From assembly GCF_001447785.1 (NCBI RefSeq), contig NW_015176019.1, forward strand, positions 1 through 64,000: 64,000 nucleotides of DNA, read 5' to 3'. Numbering within the stretch: position 1 is the first letter of the stretch; every line of letters begins with the position of its first letter. Under the pieces are notes generated by a model, which saw nothing but the letters and a program-made list of their open reading frames with translations, searched no databases and had not been told where the DNA came from. Shown one piece after another: positions 1-11,750 of the stretch. The position numbers were made by a program, and so were the translations under genes. This DNA is from Gekko japonicus (Eukaryota).

Positions 1-1046
1 CAAATGACAGTAGTTAACCCTGGGCATTATTTTCTGTTTCGCCAGTAATACTTTTACAATCACAAAATTATTATTTTGCAACTGTTGTAATACATTGAGC
101 TGATGATATGACTGGGTTTTTGATAACTTAATTTTTTTCCCCCATCCCTGTGTTCCTAATTAGCCTTTTATTCATGCCAAAAGGCAAGACAGGGTGGCTT
201 TTCTTAAGATAGGCAGTTTGAGGGAAAGCACATTTCAGCTCTCCTTGGGCTTGGGCAGTCTGTCTGCTACAATGACATCCCACACTTTTGCTGCATTGTA
301 AAGTATTTCTGGCAGCAAGCTGAAAATAAGGTGTGAGATTTTCATTTCATGTGTGACAATTAAAGTAACACTGGAAGCTGCCCATCTGCTCGGTGACTGA
401 TACCAACTATTGAAAAGGTGCAAATAGACTTCAGAGACTCAGCAAAATAATAGTATTCTTTTAACTGGTGGAAAATATTTTTGAACCTGTTTCATCTAAT
501 GTTGTTTTTACGCCCATTAGTTATGAAGATATTTTAAAAAGTATTAATAGTGTGAATTATTCCCTTGAGAGTTTCCTCATAGTATTAGCAATTGGGATGA
601 TCAGCTCAGTCAAAAACTCTGCACCGCTTCATTTTGCACATAGCATGCTTTGTCACTGCAGTGTCTTTATCAAGCATGTATGTGCATTTCTCATTAATTT
701 AAGGGGAATTTACAGAAACAGAAAATGAATCAGGTGACAGTCCAGGGGTCTTTATTCTTTTTAATGAGTGGTTATGATTTGAAGGCTCTTGATATAGAGC
801 TGTGTGCCTGCTTAGATCTGCCCATCAATATCTGGTGATTGTGCTGTCTTTTCAGGAAGTACATTTTGGCATTTACTAGGCCTGAGCTTTCTGAAGAGGT
901 GTTCCTCAAACAGTTTGCCTGAAGCAGTGCAGTAGGGCCCTTCTGTGTTCTATGCATACTGCCTGTTTTTAAATTCTGCTGTTCACTGCCCTGAGACTTT
1001 GAGATAGACTGGATTACATATTAATTAATTAATTGGATGTTACACA

Positions 1047-1735
1047 TAGGGGTGTGGGAAGAAATCCAGTATTTTTTGGGTTCAGGTATATTGAACCCAA
1101 AAAGTATTGGCATTTCCCAATACTCCCAAACCCCAATAACAGTATGATGTATGGATTTAGTAAATATTCAGGAAATCTGGGGTATCTGGGGCTCGGGGAG
1201 GCTGTTTTTGAGAAATATAGGCACCAGATTTGCAGCATACCTGCTAGTGCCTCTTCTCAAAAAACCCCCAAAACCCAAGTTTAAAAACAATTGGACCAGG
1301 GGGTCCAATTCTGTGGGCCCCAGAAGAAGGTGCCCCCATCCTCCATTTTTTCCAATGGAGGGGGGAAAGGTATTTGAAAGGAACTCGGTAACCGGAGCTG
1401 AACTCTGGAGGAATTTAAAGAGCTCGTGGCACCTTTACATGCCTTCTCCAAGCTACGAGTTAACCTGGAAAGTATTTAAAGGGACTGCAGGCCCTTTAAA
1501 TGCCTTGTGGTTAAACTTGCCACGGAGTCATGTCGCTTGGAAAAGGCATTTAAAGGGAGCACAGTCCCTTTAAACACCCTTTAAGTTTGGCTATCTGATG
1601 GTCCAAAAATCCCAAATATTTTCAGGATTTTCAGTGCTTGGCCATTTTGGATAGCCAAAATTGAGCCCCATTTGGTAACCGGCTTTAAAAATACCGAAAA
1701 ATACCAATAAGGTATTTTGGGGTAAATACCAATAA
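1047..1735. mobile_element. Non-autonomous DNA transposon (TAGGG-ended, hAT-like), right end not recognisable
   Basis: Starts TAGGGGTGTG, like the TSD-flanked element at 31284. Contains repeated TTTAAAGGG...CCCTTTAAA hairpins, as in the element at 40037-43261. Confidence 0.55.
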
Positions 1736-1858
1736 GTTAGTTATAACAGTGGAACTGAGGGTTGATTCTGGTGTGTTTTTTCAAATGCACATTTGAATCA
1801 TTAATTGTTCTGAAGCCATAGGCTTAGTCGAAGAGATTGTAACACTTATTTATTTAAA

Positions 1859-2425
1859 TACTAGGAAAAAGGCCCATTGTGGGAGTGAAGACAACAAATG
1901 CTAGGCTGGCCGTTCGGGCATGGGTCGCTTGTCCTCAGCCCTCCCCCACCAGTGCCACCGGATGGAGGCTCCGCCGGGCCAAGCCACCCAGGCTCGTCCC
2001 ACCCCTGCGGAATGAGCGCAAGTTCGACCACCTGGCCGTGTGCCCCCATCTCTGTCCTCTCCCACCCTGGCTCATCAAAGGCACCCAGGCTGCCCCCCCA
2101 CGTGGTCGAGGCCCTGGTGGACCAAGCCGCCCAGCTTCGCCCATCCTCGCCCCCGCCTCAATGGGCCAAGGCTCGCAGTCCAGCCCCCCTGCTTACTGGA
2201 GGGCGCAGGGCAGGAGAACCAACCTCCTCTTCCTTCGTGGCCACTGTAGACCCCGACTGGCTGGCTGGCTGGACCGCAGTGGTGGTGCAAGGCCACTCTG
2301 ATCGCCCCACCCCGGTGCCCTCCCACTGCTGCCACTGCCTCTGTGGCCCGAGGCAAAGGCGCCCCTGCCTTACCAGGCGCCCTGTCCCTCCCGTGATGTT
2401 AGCCGAATTGCTTTATTTACAGCAA
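1859..2425 (-). mobile_element. Possible non-autonomous Helitron-like element with GC-rich interior
   Basis: Minus strand ends ...ACAATGGGCCTTTTTCCTAG|T, a decayed subterminal hairpin followed by CTAG before a T. The 5' end is unclear. Confidence 0.35.
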
Positions 2426-3418
2426 TTGGCAGTTTATAAATGGGTCCTTGCCAACTATACCAAGGTCCTGTTCCCACCAAGGGTTACCAGAGAAGGATAA
2501 CAAGGCTGTTGTAGTTAAAATATAAGTCTTTTACTTAAGAAAATAAATCCCATACAAACAATACTGATGCACTCACACATTCAATCAAGTTCCCTAGAAA
2601 TACAGTATTAAAATAAGCACAGTTGCATTAGCAGGTGAGGGTGATGATGGGCAATACTTATCTGTCTTGCAAAGTAGTTGTTCCAATGAAGAATGGATGG
2701 GAAGAAATAGAAACTAAAGTGATCCACACTACCAGAATTTAGCCCGACTGTGTGGGGGTCTCTTGGCTGCAGATACTTTAGAAACATCAAAAAGTTCTGA
2801 CTTAACAATACTATAAAGTATAGATAGAAGTAATTATCCACAGAGCTACAGCAGCACACTCAAAATAAGTATGAAATATTCTGTAATTTTTTGACTTGCT
2901 GGGCAGGTGTGTGCACACATTCTGAACCAGGAAACATTCACAGAATGTCACACACAGTCAATTATTCTTTGTTTGGAGGCTCTTAATAGAAAGCGAAAAT
3001 GTTAACATTCCAGTTGGCAGGAGTTATAGTATGCATAGTTGCAAAAAATACGTTGGAGTCATGTACTAGTATATGGCTTAAAGTCCAGAAACCAAAAAAG
3101 AAATTAATGAACCTATCATTTTAAAAATAGCTTGCATTTGCAGGTGTAAGACTTCTTGCCATCCTATTTAACAATGGACCAATATGAACATAACTGTCTA
3201 TAGTAACACAAGATAACAAGAGCTACCAAGCTCTCCTGCTCCCCATGCCTATTCAGCAGAAAATCCAAAGAACAGGAGCAGCAGGCTCAACTACTAAAAT
3301 TAGTAAACACTAATTGTGACTTTGATTAAATGTTCACCTTTTGGTAATTACCTTTTGGTAATGGTCTGGTGTGAATACAGTTAGTTCTTCAATTCTTTCT
3401 GCTTTTTAGGATCAATAT

Positions 3419-3906
3419 GAATTACTTTCGGGGACACAACACCGCCTGGTGATTCCAGGCCCCCGGGAGGCAAAGCTTGCTGGGACCAGGGCCAGATCCT
3501 TCTCAGTGGCGGCCCCCACCTGGTGGAACGAGCTCCTAGACGGAGCTCTTCTGCCAGGCTTTTATATAGGAGCCGCCACCTCTGCCACCTCTATTATTAC
3601 CATCATTGGAACAATGGGGTTGGGAGTGGTCCCCGGAAGAACTGCCATAATTCTGCATGGCACTGATGCTGCTGGCCTGGCTTGGACCATCGACAGGACA
3701 ATTTCACCCTAATGAAATGATCGATACCATTTTCAGAGACCATCTTGTTGTATGGAGCACTTTATTTGTCTTTGTTGTTACTTAATAGCTTTTAATGTTT
3801 TATATTGTTTTTATGTATGGGCTTGTGCCCCCGTTTAAGCCGCCCTGAGCCCGTTCGCGGGGATGGCGGGGGAAAAATGCAATAAATAAATAAAATAAAA
3901 ATAAAT
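3419..3906 (+). mobile_element. L2 LINE 3' fragment
   Basis: Peptide TRARSFSVAAPTWWNEL matches the L2 ORF2 C-terminus. The 3' end is AAGCCGCCCTGAGCC...GGCGGG followed by an (AATA)n tail. Confidence 0.75.
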
Positions 3907-4867
3907 TAGCTGTGGTCCAGTCTCTAGCATTTTCTCCATCTTCCTCTGTCTTCTGACTGTTGTAAAATGTCTGTGTAGGACTGCACATTGGTGTCCGCCT
4001 GAGAGATCCATTTCTACTGAAACAACAAAAATCTGGGGGGGGGGAGAGCTCTTTAGCTTAGGGAGGTCTGGAAACCTCTAGACGATTTCATTTGCTGCTT
4101 TGATGTTTCAGTTTTTCCTAGCATGACTTCATATTGTGCTGCTGTGTTTNNNNNNNNNNNNNNNNNNNNNNCCTTGTAGTCCTTTTATGATATTTGATTG
4201 CTTCTGTTAGAGCTTGTAAAGATTTACCTTGAGTATATATTCTTTCTTTAGAAGGGTGATCAGTAATCATATATCTGCTGGGATATTTGGTTAATACAGC
4301 AGTTTTGCCTAGTCACAGAAGCATGATACTGAGTGCAGTAAATAAATCTCACAAGAAGTATATTACAAAAAATTCTTACCCTTAGGTAGTTCAGTGAGAG
4401 TCTATGTGTTGTTCTTATGCAGTGCATCTAAGTCTTCTTGTTCTGCTTTCCTTCACATGCTTTCTTCTGGTTCAGGCATGTGCTGTAATTCAGCCCATGA
4501 TATTGGTTCATGTGGTAGCAATGTTTTTGCGAGGATGTTATTTTCTCAGCTGGGACTCCCTTGTTGGCCCACAATGAGCATCTGAGGTCCTTCTCAGTGC
4601 CTGTGGGGAAGGCCTGAGTCAATTAGAATGCATCTGACCATGTCCATTATAGATTCCATGTTTCCTTAGGAATGCCTGCACCGATCTAGACATGTACTCA
4701 CCACCACAGTCAGACGTGATGGCTTGGGGTTTCCTGTTGATTATGTGGCATTATACCCTGCCAAGTCCCCTCCCCTCCCTAAACCCCACTCTGCCAGACT
4801 CCACCCTCAAATCTCCAGGTATTTCTGAACCTAGAGTTGACGATCCATTATAATTTGAGATCCCTTA

Positions 4868-5238
4868 TGTAGTGTATTCAGATGCTGCCCTGAATACACG
4901 AGGATGAACGTAGAATCATCCCATAGAGAAGCTATGCTAAGCTTCAGACGTCGGCAAGGATTCGCGCTGAAAGTATTGTGTCCAATCACATTTGAACTGT
5001 CTGTGGTGGGAACGCTTGTGATTGGGCTATTATGCGAACAACCTGATAGGTTGATAATTGTATAATAGGTGTGGCTACATTAGCCCGGAATGTTTAAATA
5101 CCGAACAGCAACAATGGGCTGGCTGGTTCGGGCTATCAGAGAAGTTGTACCGTGTCAGAGAAGTTGATCGTCGAGCTGAACAAACCTGAGTTTTGCTGAA
5201 ATCACTCTCTGGCTATTTTGTTGAGCACGGACTTAACA
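4868..5238 (+). mobile_element. Ty3/Gypsy LTR (assembled as a solo LTR)
   Basis: TG...CA ends with flanks CCTTA/ACTTA (5-bp TSD, 1 mismatch). The first 51 bp are identical to the sequence following the polypurine tract at 8399. The LTR is absent from the duplicated flank at 8730. Confidence 0.9.
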
Positions 5239-5800
5239 ACTTATAATTTGTGTGTCCATCAGGTATAAAGCCTAAGCCTACAGCTTCCATTAGAAAAGGA
5301 ATGACGAAGCAATGGGGGGGGGATTGCTTTCTTATGCTATGCTTCCCCATAGAGAATTAAGAAACAGGCCTACTTCACTCACGCATATCTAGTATATGCA
5401 TACTTTCCTGATTATGCACAGTGACATCCCTTGTATGTTACAAATATTGGTATTCTGGATTAGGAGCATAGAAGGTATGTAATTCTTCTTCTTGGCAGCA
5501 GCAGCAAGAGTAAAATACTTAGGGCACAAATTTGCCCAAAGTATATAATTTAAGTTGCTACTGAGTTTCACATGAGCGATGAGCAAGCTTTCTGAGTAGG
5601 GTTGCCAGAAAGGTTGTTATGAGGGCCGGATTTGACCTAAATGAGACCTTGTTGGGCCGGGCCATGTGTGTCATAAAATGTAATGCCAGGTAGCGAAGAT
5701 ATAAACTTTTTAAAGGACACAAACACAAAGGTGTTTTTTTTACTTAAAATAAAAACATGCTTAAAACATTAGCACTCTTGCAAAATTTTGTTTATTTAAC

Positions 5801-8372
5801 TTCCTTGTTGGTTGCTGAGGAGAACAGAGTAAATTTGTTGGGGCTTGATTGGTTCAAACCACTTGGTATTGCTATTTCTGGTATCAATAATGTGGTAAAA
5901 AATAAATGGGCTGTACTGTACAGTGAATTCCCGGATGTGTTTGGGGGTGGTCTGGGAAAATATACTGGGCCCCCGGTGGCGTTTGAGCTTGATCCTGCGG
6001 TGAGGCCAGTCCGCCTCAAATATAGGAAGGTTCCTATCCCCCTGAGACCCAGGATCGAAGCGGAGTTGGACAAGCTCATAGAGCAGGGTGTGTTAGAGCC
6101 TGTCCCATACAGTAAATGGGAAACACCCATAGTGACCCCTGTTAAGCCGGACGGATCGGTGCGTATNNNNNNNNNNNNNNNNNNNNNTTAGCCATGTCTT
6201 GGCATCGTTAGGGGGCGGGAAGGTTTTTGCAAAGTTTGACCTTGCCCAGGCATACCAGCAGCTCCCGGTGACCAAGGAAGCTGCTGAAGCCCAGACAATT
6301 NNNNNNNNNNNNNNNNNNNNNNNNNNNNNNNNNNNNNNNNNNNNNNNNNNNNNNNNNNNNNNNNNNNNNNNNNNNNNNNNNNNNNNNNNNNNNNNNNNNN
6401 NNNNNNNNNNNNNNNNNNNNNNNNNNNNNNNNNNNNNNNNNNNNNNNNNNNNNNNNNNNNNNNNNNNNNNNNNNNNNNNNNNNNNNNAGCGCTTTAGCAA
6501 AGCCGGCTTGAAAGTCAAGCAGTCAAAATGTCTGATCGGTGTTAAGAGTGTGGAGTTCCTGGGGTTCAGAGTCGACCAAAATGGAGTACACCCCACCGAT
6601 GACAAGGTAAAAGCGATCCAGAATGCCCCAAGNNNNNNNNNNNNNNNNNNNNNNNNNNNNNNNNNNNNNNNNNNNNNNNNNNNNNNNNNNNNNNNNNNNN
6701 NNNNNNNNNNNNNNNNNNNNNNNNNNNNNNNNNNNNNNNNNNNNNNNNNNNNNNNNNNNNNNNNNNNNNNNNNNNNNNNNNNNNNNNNNNNNNNNNNNNN
6801 NNNNNNNNNNNNNNNNNNNNNNNNNNNNNNNNNNNNNNNNNNNNNNNNNNNNNNNNNNNNNNNNNNNNNNNNNNNNNNNNNNNNNNNNNNNNNNNNNNNN
6901 NNNNNNNNNNNNNNNNNNNNNNNNNNNNNNNNNNNNNNNNNNNNNNNNNNNNNNNNNNNNNNNNNNNNNNNNNNNNNNNNNNNNNNNNNNNNNNNNNNNN
7001 NNNNNNNNNNNNNNNNNNNNNNNNNNNNNNNNNNNNNNNNNNNNNNNNNNNNNNNNNNNNNNNNNNNNNNNNNNNNNNNNNNNNNNNNNNNNNNNNNNNN
7101 NNNNNNNNNNNNNNNNNNNNGAATTTCGTGCATTCAAAGCGCGCCAAAATGAGTTGTCAGTTTTAAAGGGCTGTTTACTGTGGGGGAACCGGGTAGTGGT
7201 GCCTCACATCCTACGAAAAAAAGTGCTGAAATCACTACATGAGGGCCACCCGGGAATGGTCCACATGAAGGCACTAGCCCGAGGTTATGTGTGGTGGCCT
7301 GGGCTCGATGCCGAAATNNNNNNNNNNNNNNNNNNNCCTTGGTCGAGGCTCCACCTCGATTTTGCGGGGCCAGTTCAGGGGCAAATGTTCCTGGTAATTG
7401 TTGATGCGTATACAAAATGGTTAGAGGTTGCGCACATGCACTCGACTACTTCCGGGTCCGTCATCAATGTGCTGAGGCGCCTATTCGCAACCCATGGTAT
7501 ACCGGATGTATTGGTGAGTGATAACGGAACTCAATTCACCTCTGAAGAGTTCGGGAAGTTTTTGTCTGATAACGNNNNNNNNNNNNNNNNNNNNNNNNNN
7601 NNNNNNNNNNNNNNNNNNNNNNNNNNNNNNNNNNNNNNNNNNNNNNNNNNNNNNNNNNNNNNNNNNNNNNNNNNNNNNNNNNNNNNNNNNNNNNNNNNNN
7701 NNNNNNNNNNNNNNNNNNNNNNNNNNNNNNNNNNNNNNNNNNNNNNNNNNNNNNNNNNNNNNNNNNNNNNNNNNNAGCATGTCACCCCTTGTTCGGCAAC
7801 AGGCCGTAGTCTGCCCGAAATGCTGATGGGCCGGAGGCTCGCAACACTATTAGATAGGTTGCACCCAGACCTCAATGACCTAAAACCACAACCGCAGAGC
7901 GAACAACCAAAGGTCCGAACGTATGTAAATGGTGAAAATGTATATGCGAAAAACTATGCAAGTGGTCACTCGTGGCTACCAGCCACTATTGTTGATGTTA
8001 TAGGGTCACGAATGTATGTGGTACGGCTTGCTGATGGTCGCAAGTGGCGTAGGCACATAGACCAGTTGAGGCAACGGTGGGCGACTGACCGACCCAACGC
8101 GCTGCCAGCTGCGTCCACAGACCCCCGAGGACCTTCCAATACCTCTCCAGGAGGCGAGTACTGACGGGCCTGAGGGCATCAGTGCTGTTCCAGAGGCAGG
8201 GCAGACCCCTACTCTCGAACCTATAGTAACGGATGGAAGTGTTCCTGACTCTGCGGTCCCAGAGTCCTATGGAGTGCCACTGACGGAAAGGTGCCCTGAG
8301 CCTGATCCACCTCGTAGGTCACAGAGAACGAGACGTGCACCCACCTACCTAAGTGATTACGATTGTTCATGA
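5801..8372 (+). mobile_element. Ty3/Gypsy pol (protease end, RT, integrase), broken by assembly gaps
   Basis: Motifs LLGLDWF, KWETPIVTPVKPDGSVR, FAKFDLAQAYQQL, VEFLGFRVD, LHEGHPG...WWPGLD, PWSRLHLDFAGP, LVSDNGTQFTS, WRRHIDQL. The C-terminal PRRSQRTRRAPTYLSDY* ends at 8372 in a different frame, implying one frameshift near 8100-8160. The RT catalytic core and RNase H fall inside N runs. Confidence 0.95.
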
Positions 8373-8384
8373 GTGTTTTTGCTT

Positions 8385-8449
8385 AGGGGGGAGGGATTTG
8401 TAGTGTATTCAGATGCTGCCCTGAATACACGAGGATGAACGTAGAATCA
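8385..8449 (+). mobile_element. Polypurine tract and start of the Gypsy 3' LTR
   Basis: AGGGGGGAGGGA at 8385-8396, then TGTAGTGTATTCAG... at 8399-8449, identical to 4868-4918. Confidence 0.9.
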
Positions 8450-8630
8450 GAGCGGGCTGGCCCTTAGGGGTGCCGAACTGCACCCAGCCCTGTACTCTGG
8501 GAGTTTCTTGATTATATGTGTTTTTCATTCTTCCTAAAATGCATTTATTTTTGAAAAATGGTGGGTGCACGGGGGGGGCACCAGAAGGGATCCTCGCCTA
8601 GGATGCAAAATAAGCTGGGGCCGGCCCTGC
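8450..8630. mobile_element. hAT-like MITE, right-end fragment
   Basis: Ends GGGGCCGGCCCTG, the reverse complement of a CAGGGCCGGC terminus. Confidence 0.55.
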
Positions 8631-9287
8631 CCCTCCCCTCCCTAAACCCCACTCTGCCAGACTCCACCCTCAAATCTCCAGGTATTTCTGAACCTAGAGT
8701 TGACAATCCATTATAATTTGAGATCCCTTATCATTTGTGTGTCCATCAGGTATAAAGCCTAAGTGTACAGCTTCCATTAGAAAAGGAATGACGAAGCAAT
8801 GGGGGGGGGATTGCTTTCTTATTCTATGCTTCCCCATAGAGAATTAAGAAACAGGCCTACTTCACTCATGCATATCTAGTATATGCATACTTTCCTGATT
8901 ATGCACAGTGACATCCCTTGTATGTTACAAATATTGGTATTCTGGATTAGGAGCATAGAAGGTATGTAATTCTTCTTCTTGGCAGCAGCAGCAAGAGTAA
9001 AATACTTAGGGCACAAATTTGCCCAAAGTATATAATTTAAGTTGCTACTGAGTTTCACATGAGCGATGAGCAAGCTTTCTGAGTAGGGTTGCCAGAAAGG
9101 TTGTTATGAGGGCCGGATTTGACCTAAATGAGACCTTGTTGGGCCGGGCCATGTGTGTCATAAAATGTAATGCCAGGTAGCGAAGATATAAACTTTTTAA
9201 AGGACACAAACACAAAGGTGTTTTTTTTACTTAAAATAAAAACATGCTTAAAACATTAGCACTCTTGCAAAATTTTGTTTATTTAAC
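8631..9287 (+). repeat. Near-identical duplicate of ~4767-4867 plus 5244-5800, without the LTR
   Basis: Direct alignment; ORFs 5389-5586 and 8876-9073 are identical. A few substitutions lie near the LTR site. Confidence 0.95.
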
Positions 9288-9513
9288 AGTGTCTGAAAAC
9301 TGACACTTGCTCTGAATTATTGCATCAAAATGTTGGTGCTGTTGCAATCTTGAGTATGCTCTTCAGGTGTGTATCTGTAAGCTGCAAACCTACGATGATG
9401 AAGCAGCAGCAGAACTGGAAGAAGAAGCAGAAGACAGCCAGTTCCATTGCGGACCCGATAGAAGCCCTCCGGGGACCTGATCTGGCCCGTAGGCCACATG
9501 TTTGACACCCCTG
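9100..9513. mobile_element. hAT (Charlie-like) MITE fragment
   Basis: GAGGGCCGGATTTGAC...GGGCCGGGCC subterminal motifs; ends TTTGACACCCCTG. Confidence 0.65.
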
Positions 9514-9700
9514 GCCTAGAGATCTCCCACTATTTCAACTGATCTCTGGATAACACAGATCAGTTAACCTAGAGAAAATGGCTTCTTTGGAGGGTGGACT
9601 CTACGGCATTGCATCCTACTAAGGTCCCTCCCGAAACTCTGCCCTCCCCAGCCTCCTCCCCCAAAATCTCCAGGTATTCCCTCACCTACAGCTGGCAACT
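9514..9700 (+). mobile_element. Abundant GTTGCCA/TGGCAAC-ended MITE family copy (others at ~4720-4850, 17277-17444, 18910-19527, 20286-20495, 22100-22223, 55098-55293)
   Basis: The shared core GAGAAAATGGCTGCTTTGGAGGGTGGACTCTATGGCATT...CCCCAAAATCTCCAGG recurs at these positions. Confidence 0.8.
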
Positions 9701-10718
9701 TTATTTCTAAGGCTTAGTTCAGAATAGGCCTGCCTAAAATAAGCTAAATTGGGTTTAGTTTTGGTCAGGCACAAATGATTTTGTGCTATGTTAGGAGCCT
9801 TTTCAAGGTCTATATCTCATTGATTAAGTTTGTACCTTAGTTAGGCATTATATAATAAATATGCTAATCAAATCCTGAACCCCAAATGTTCCTTTTTATT
9901 GTATTTATTATAATTTATCAAAACTAAACAAATAATGGCAGTTAGTTATATTCAAAGATCTTCAGATATGTCTGTTATTGACTCCAGGCTGACTTTTAGT
10001 TCACAGAGGAAAAGTGAGTGCAAAAAGTAAGATGTATAACTGACAGGAATGTTATCAATTTACCCACAGATCATGCCTGTACAGAGAATTATGCAGATAG
10101 GTCTGTCATTCCAAAGCATTGGTTATGTCAATTACTTTGCTGCTCACTAACTTGGGGAGGGGTTGGATTCCACATAAGTGATGGCTCCTGATATGTGCTG
10201 TTCCATTCCCCAGCTAGGAGACAAAGGGGAAAACATTATTCTAGCATACTGCAAATTGGGCAGAATCAAATTTAATGATATACATGCGCACCAATCTATC
10301 CACGCTGCTGCTGGAGTAAAGAGAAAGGCAAACATTTTGCTTGTACCCTTGTGACCAAAGTCACTGGTGTTGATTGGAAGAAGGGGAATAATTGGTATTC
10401 TTGTCCCATTCCTCAATACCAGTCATCGTATGTGTACCAATAATATGTGTGCACTGCAGTCAGCAATACACAGTGAGGCTGTAGCATCCCAGCATGATCA
10501 ATTGTATTAAAGGATATTGAGAAGTTCAAAGGATTAGTGTGCCCTGTCGGTCTGTAGACATAGAGCATGCATTAGGGCTACCCGCTCAATCTCCATCACA
10601 AATCTAGGCACAAAGCCAGACTGAGATGTTCATGGAACGAAGAAATGCCCTGCCATCCTATGGTAATCATCTTGCTCAAAAAAGGCAGATCGGATACTAG
10701 TCTAAAACTGGCCAGGTC

Positions 10719-10721
<3 letters not shown>

Positions 10722-10806
<85 letters not shown>
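10722..10806. repeat. Compound (TG)n(AG)n microsatellite
   Basis: Directly visible. Confidence 0.98.
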
Positions 10807-10808
<2 letters not shown>

Positions 10809-11203
10809 AATATTAAAAATTATTTTGATATAACTTTAAATACTTTGACATTTTATTTTTTCCTGTTTTAGGCAAATTTAATACATTTCCGTGGACCCTA
10901 AAAGTTCATTTTTTTCTTCTGATTTTAAAAGAAATTAAAACATTTTGGGGGGGTCCCTAAAAGTATTGTGGGCCTCAGGCACTGTGCCTACTATGCCTAA
11001 TGGATATGTCAGCCCTGGCAGTCCTATGAATTTATGTGCTTATCCAGCAATTCTAAACAGAAGCCGCACTGCCACTTTTAACACTGGCAATAGTTTACTT
11101 ACTCCAAGGAGGCATTAGCAAACCTGTTCCTGAAATTTACCAGACAAACAAAGAAGAAGGGGAAAACAAACTCAATCCGAAATTTATTGAAAATGCTACA
11201 GGG

Positions 11204-11750
11204 ATCAAGCTACAACAAATACAATAATATCAAAACAAATATTTATTGTATGGTGTACATAATAGTAAAATTAAAAACATAGGGCCTGAATATCAGGTTG
11301 CATTAAGAGTCAGAACAAGCTTTACATAAGCTGTAATAATGTCCCATACAAAGTTGATGAACATGTCGAATGACCAACACAAGATCATATGCATTTTGGC
11401 CTCAAGGGCCTTCCTCAGTGTTCAATAATACATACTTTAAAATAACAATCCAGAAAATAATATATATCAATCCTGACGAGGTGTTGCTATCTCATATATT
11501 GTGTGATGTGATGTAAGCTTATAAAACACACCATGGATCCCTTCACATGGTAACTGATTTCAATTGCTGGTTGAGGACACACAAATCCAGAAATATTGGA
11601 AGCTCTTTACCAGATTATAACATCAATGAAGATTTACCTGTGAGAGCAATTTTTAATTTCACTATTGTAATTTACTACTATTTACTATTGTGTACACCAT
11701 GTAATAAATATTTCTATATATTTATTTATATATTTTATTTGCTGTAGCTT
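11204..11750 (-). mobile_element. Penelope-like element fragment with inverted terminal segments and a decayed hammerhead motif
   Basis: 11206-11272 is an imperfect inverted repeat of 11681-11750. The minus strand carries CTGAGGA-A-GGCC-cttga-GGCC-aAAA at 11384-11423. Confidence 0.65.

Noticed and set aside
1879-2500. 140-aa and 200-aa ORFs
   Set aside because: GC-rich, Pro/Arg-rich low complexity in overlapping frames, with no recognisable domain.
5757-5800. N-terminus (MLKTLALLQNFVYLT) of the 144-aa ORF as the start of pol
   Set aside because: It is flank sequence, duplicated at 9244-9287, fused to pol at 5801.
6093-7875. Long ORFs running through N runs (also near 19181-19550 and 29983-30450)
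   Set aside because: They are open only because N codons contain no stops. Only the Gypsy-matching blocks are credible.
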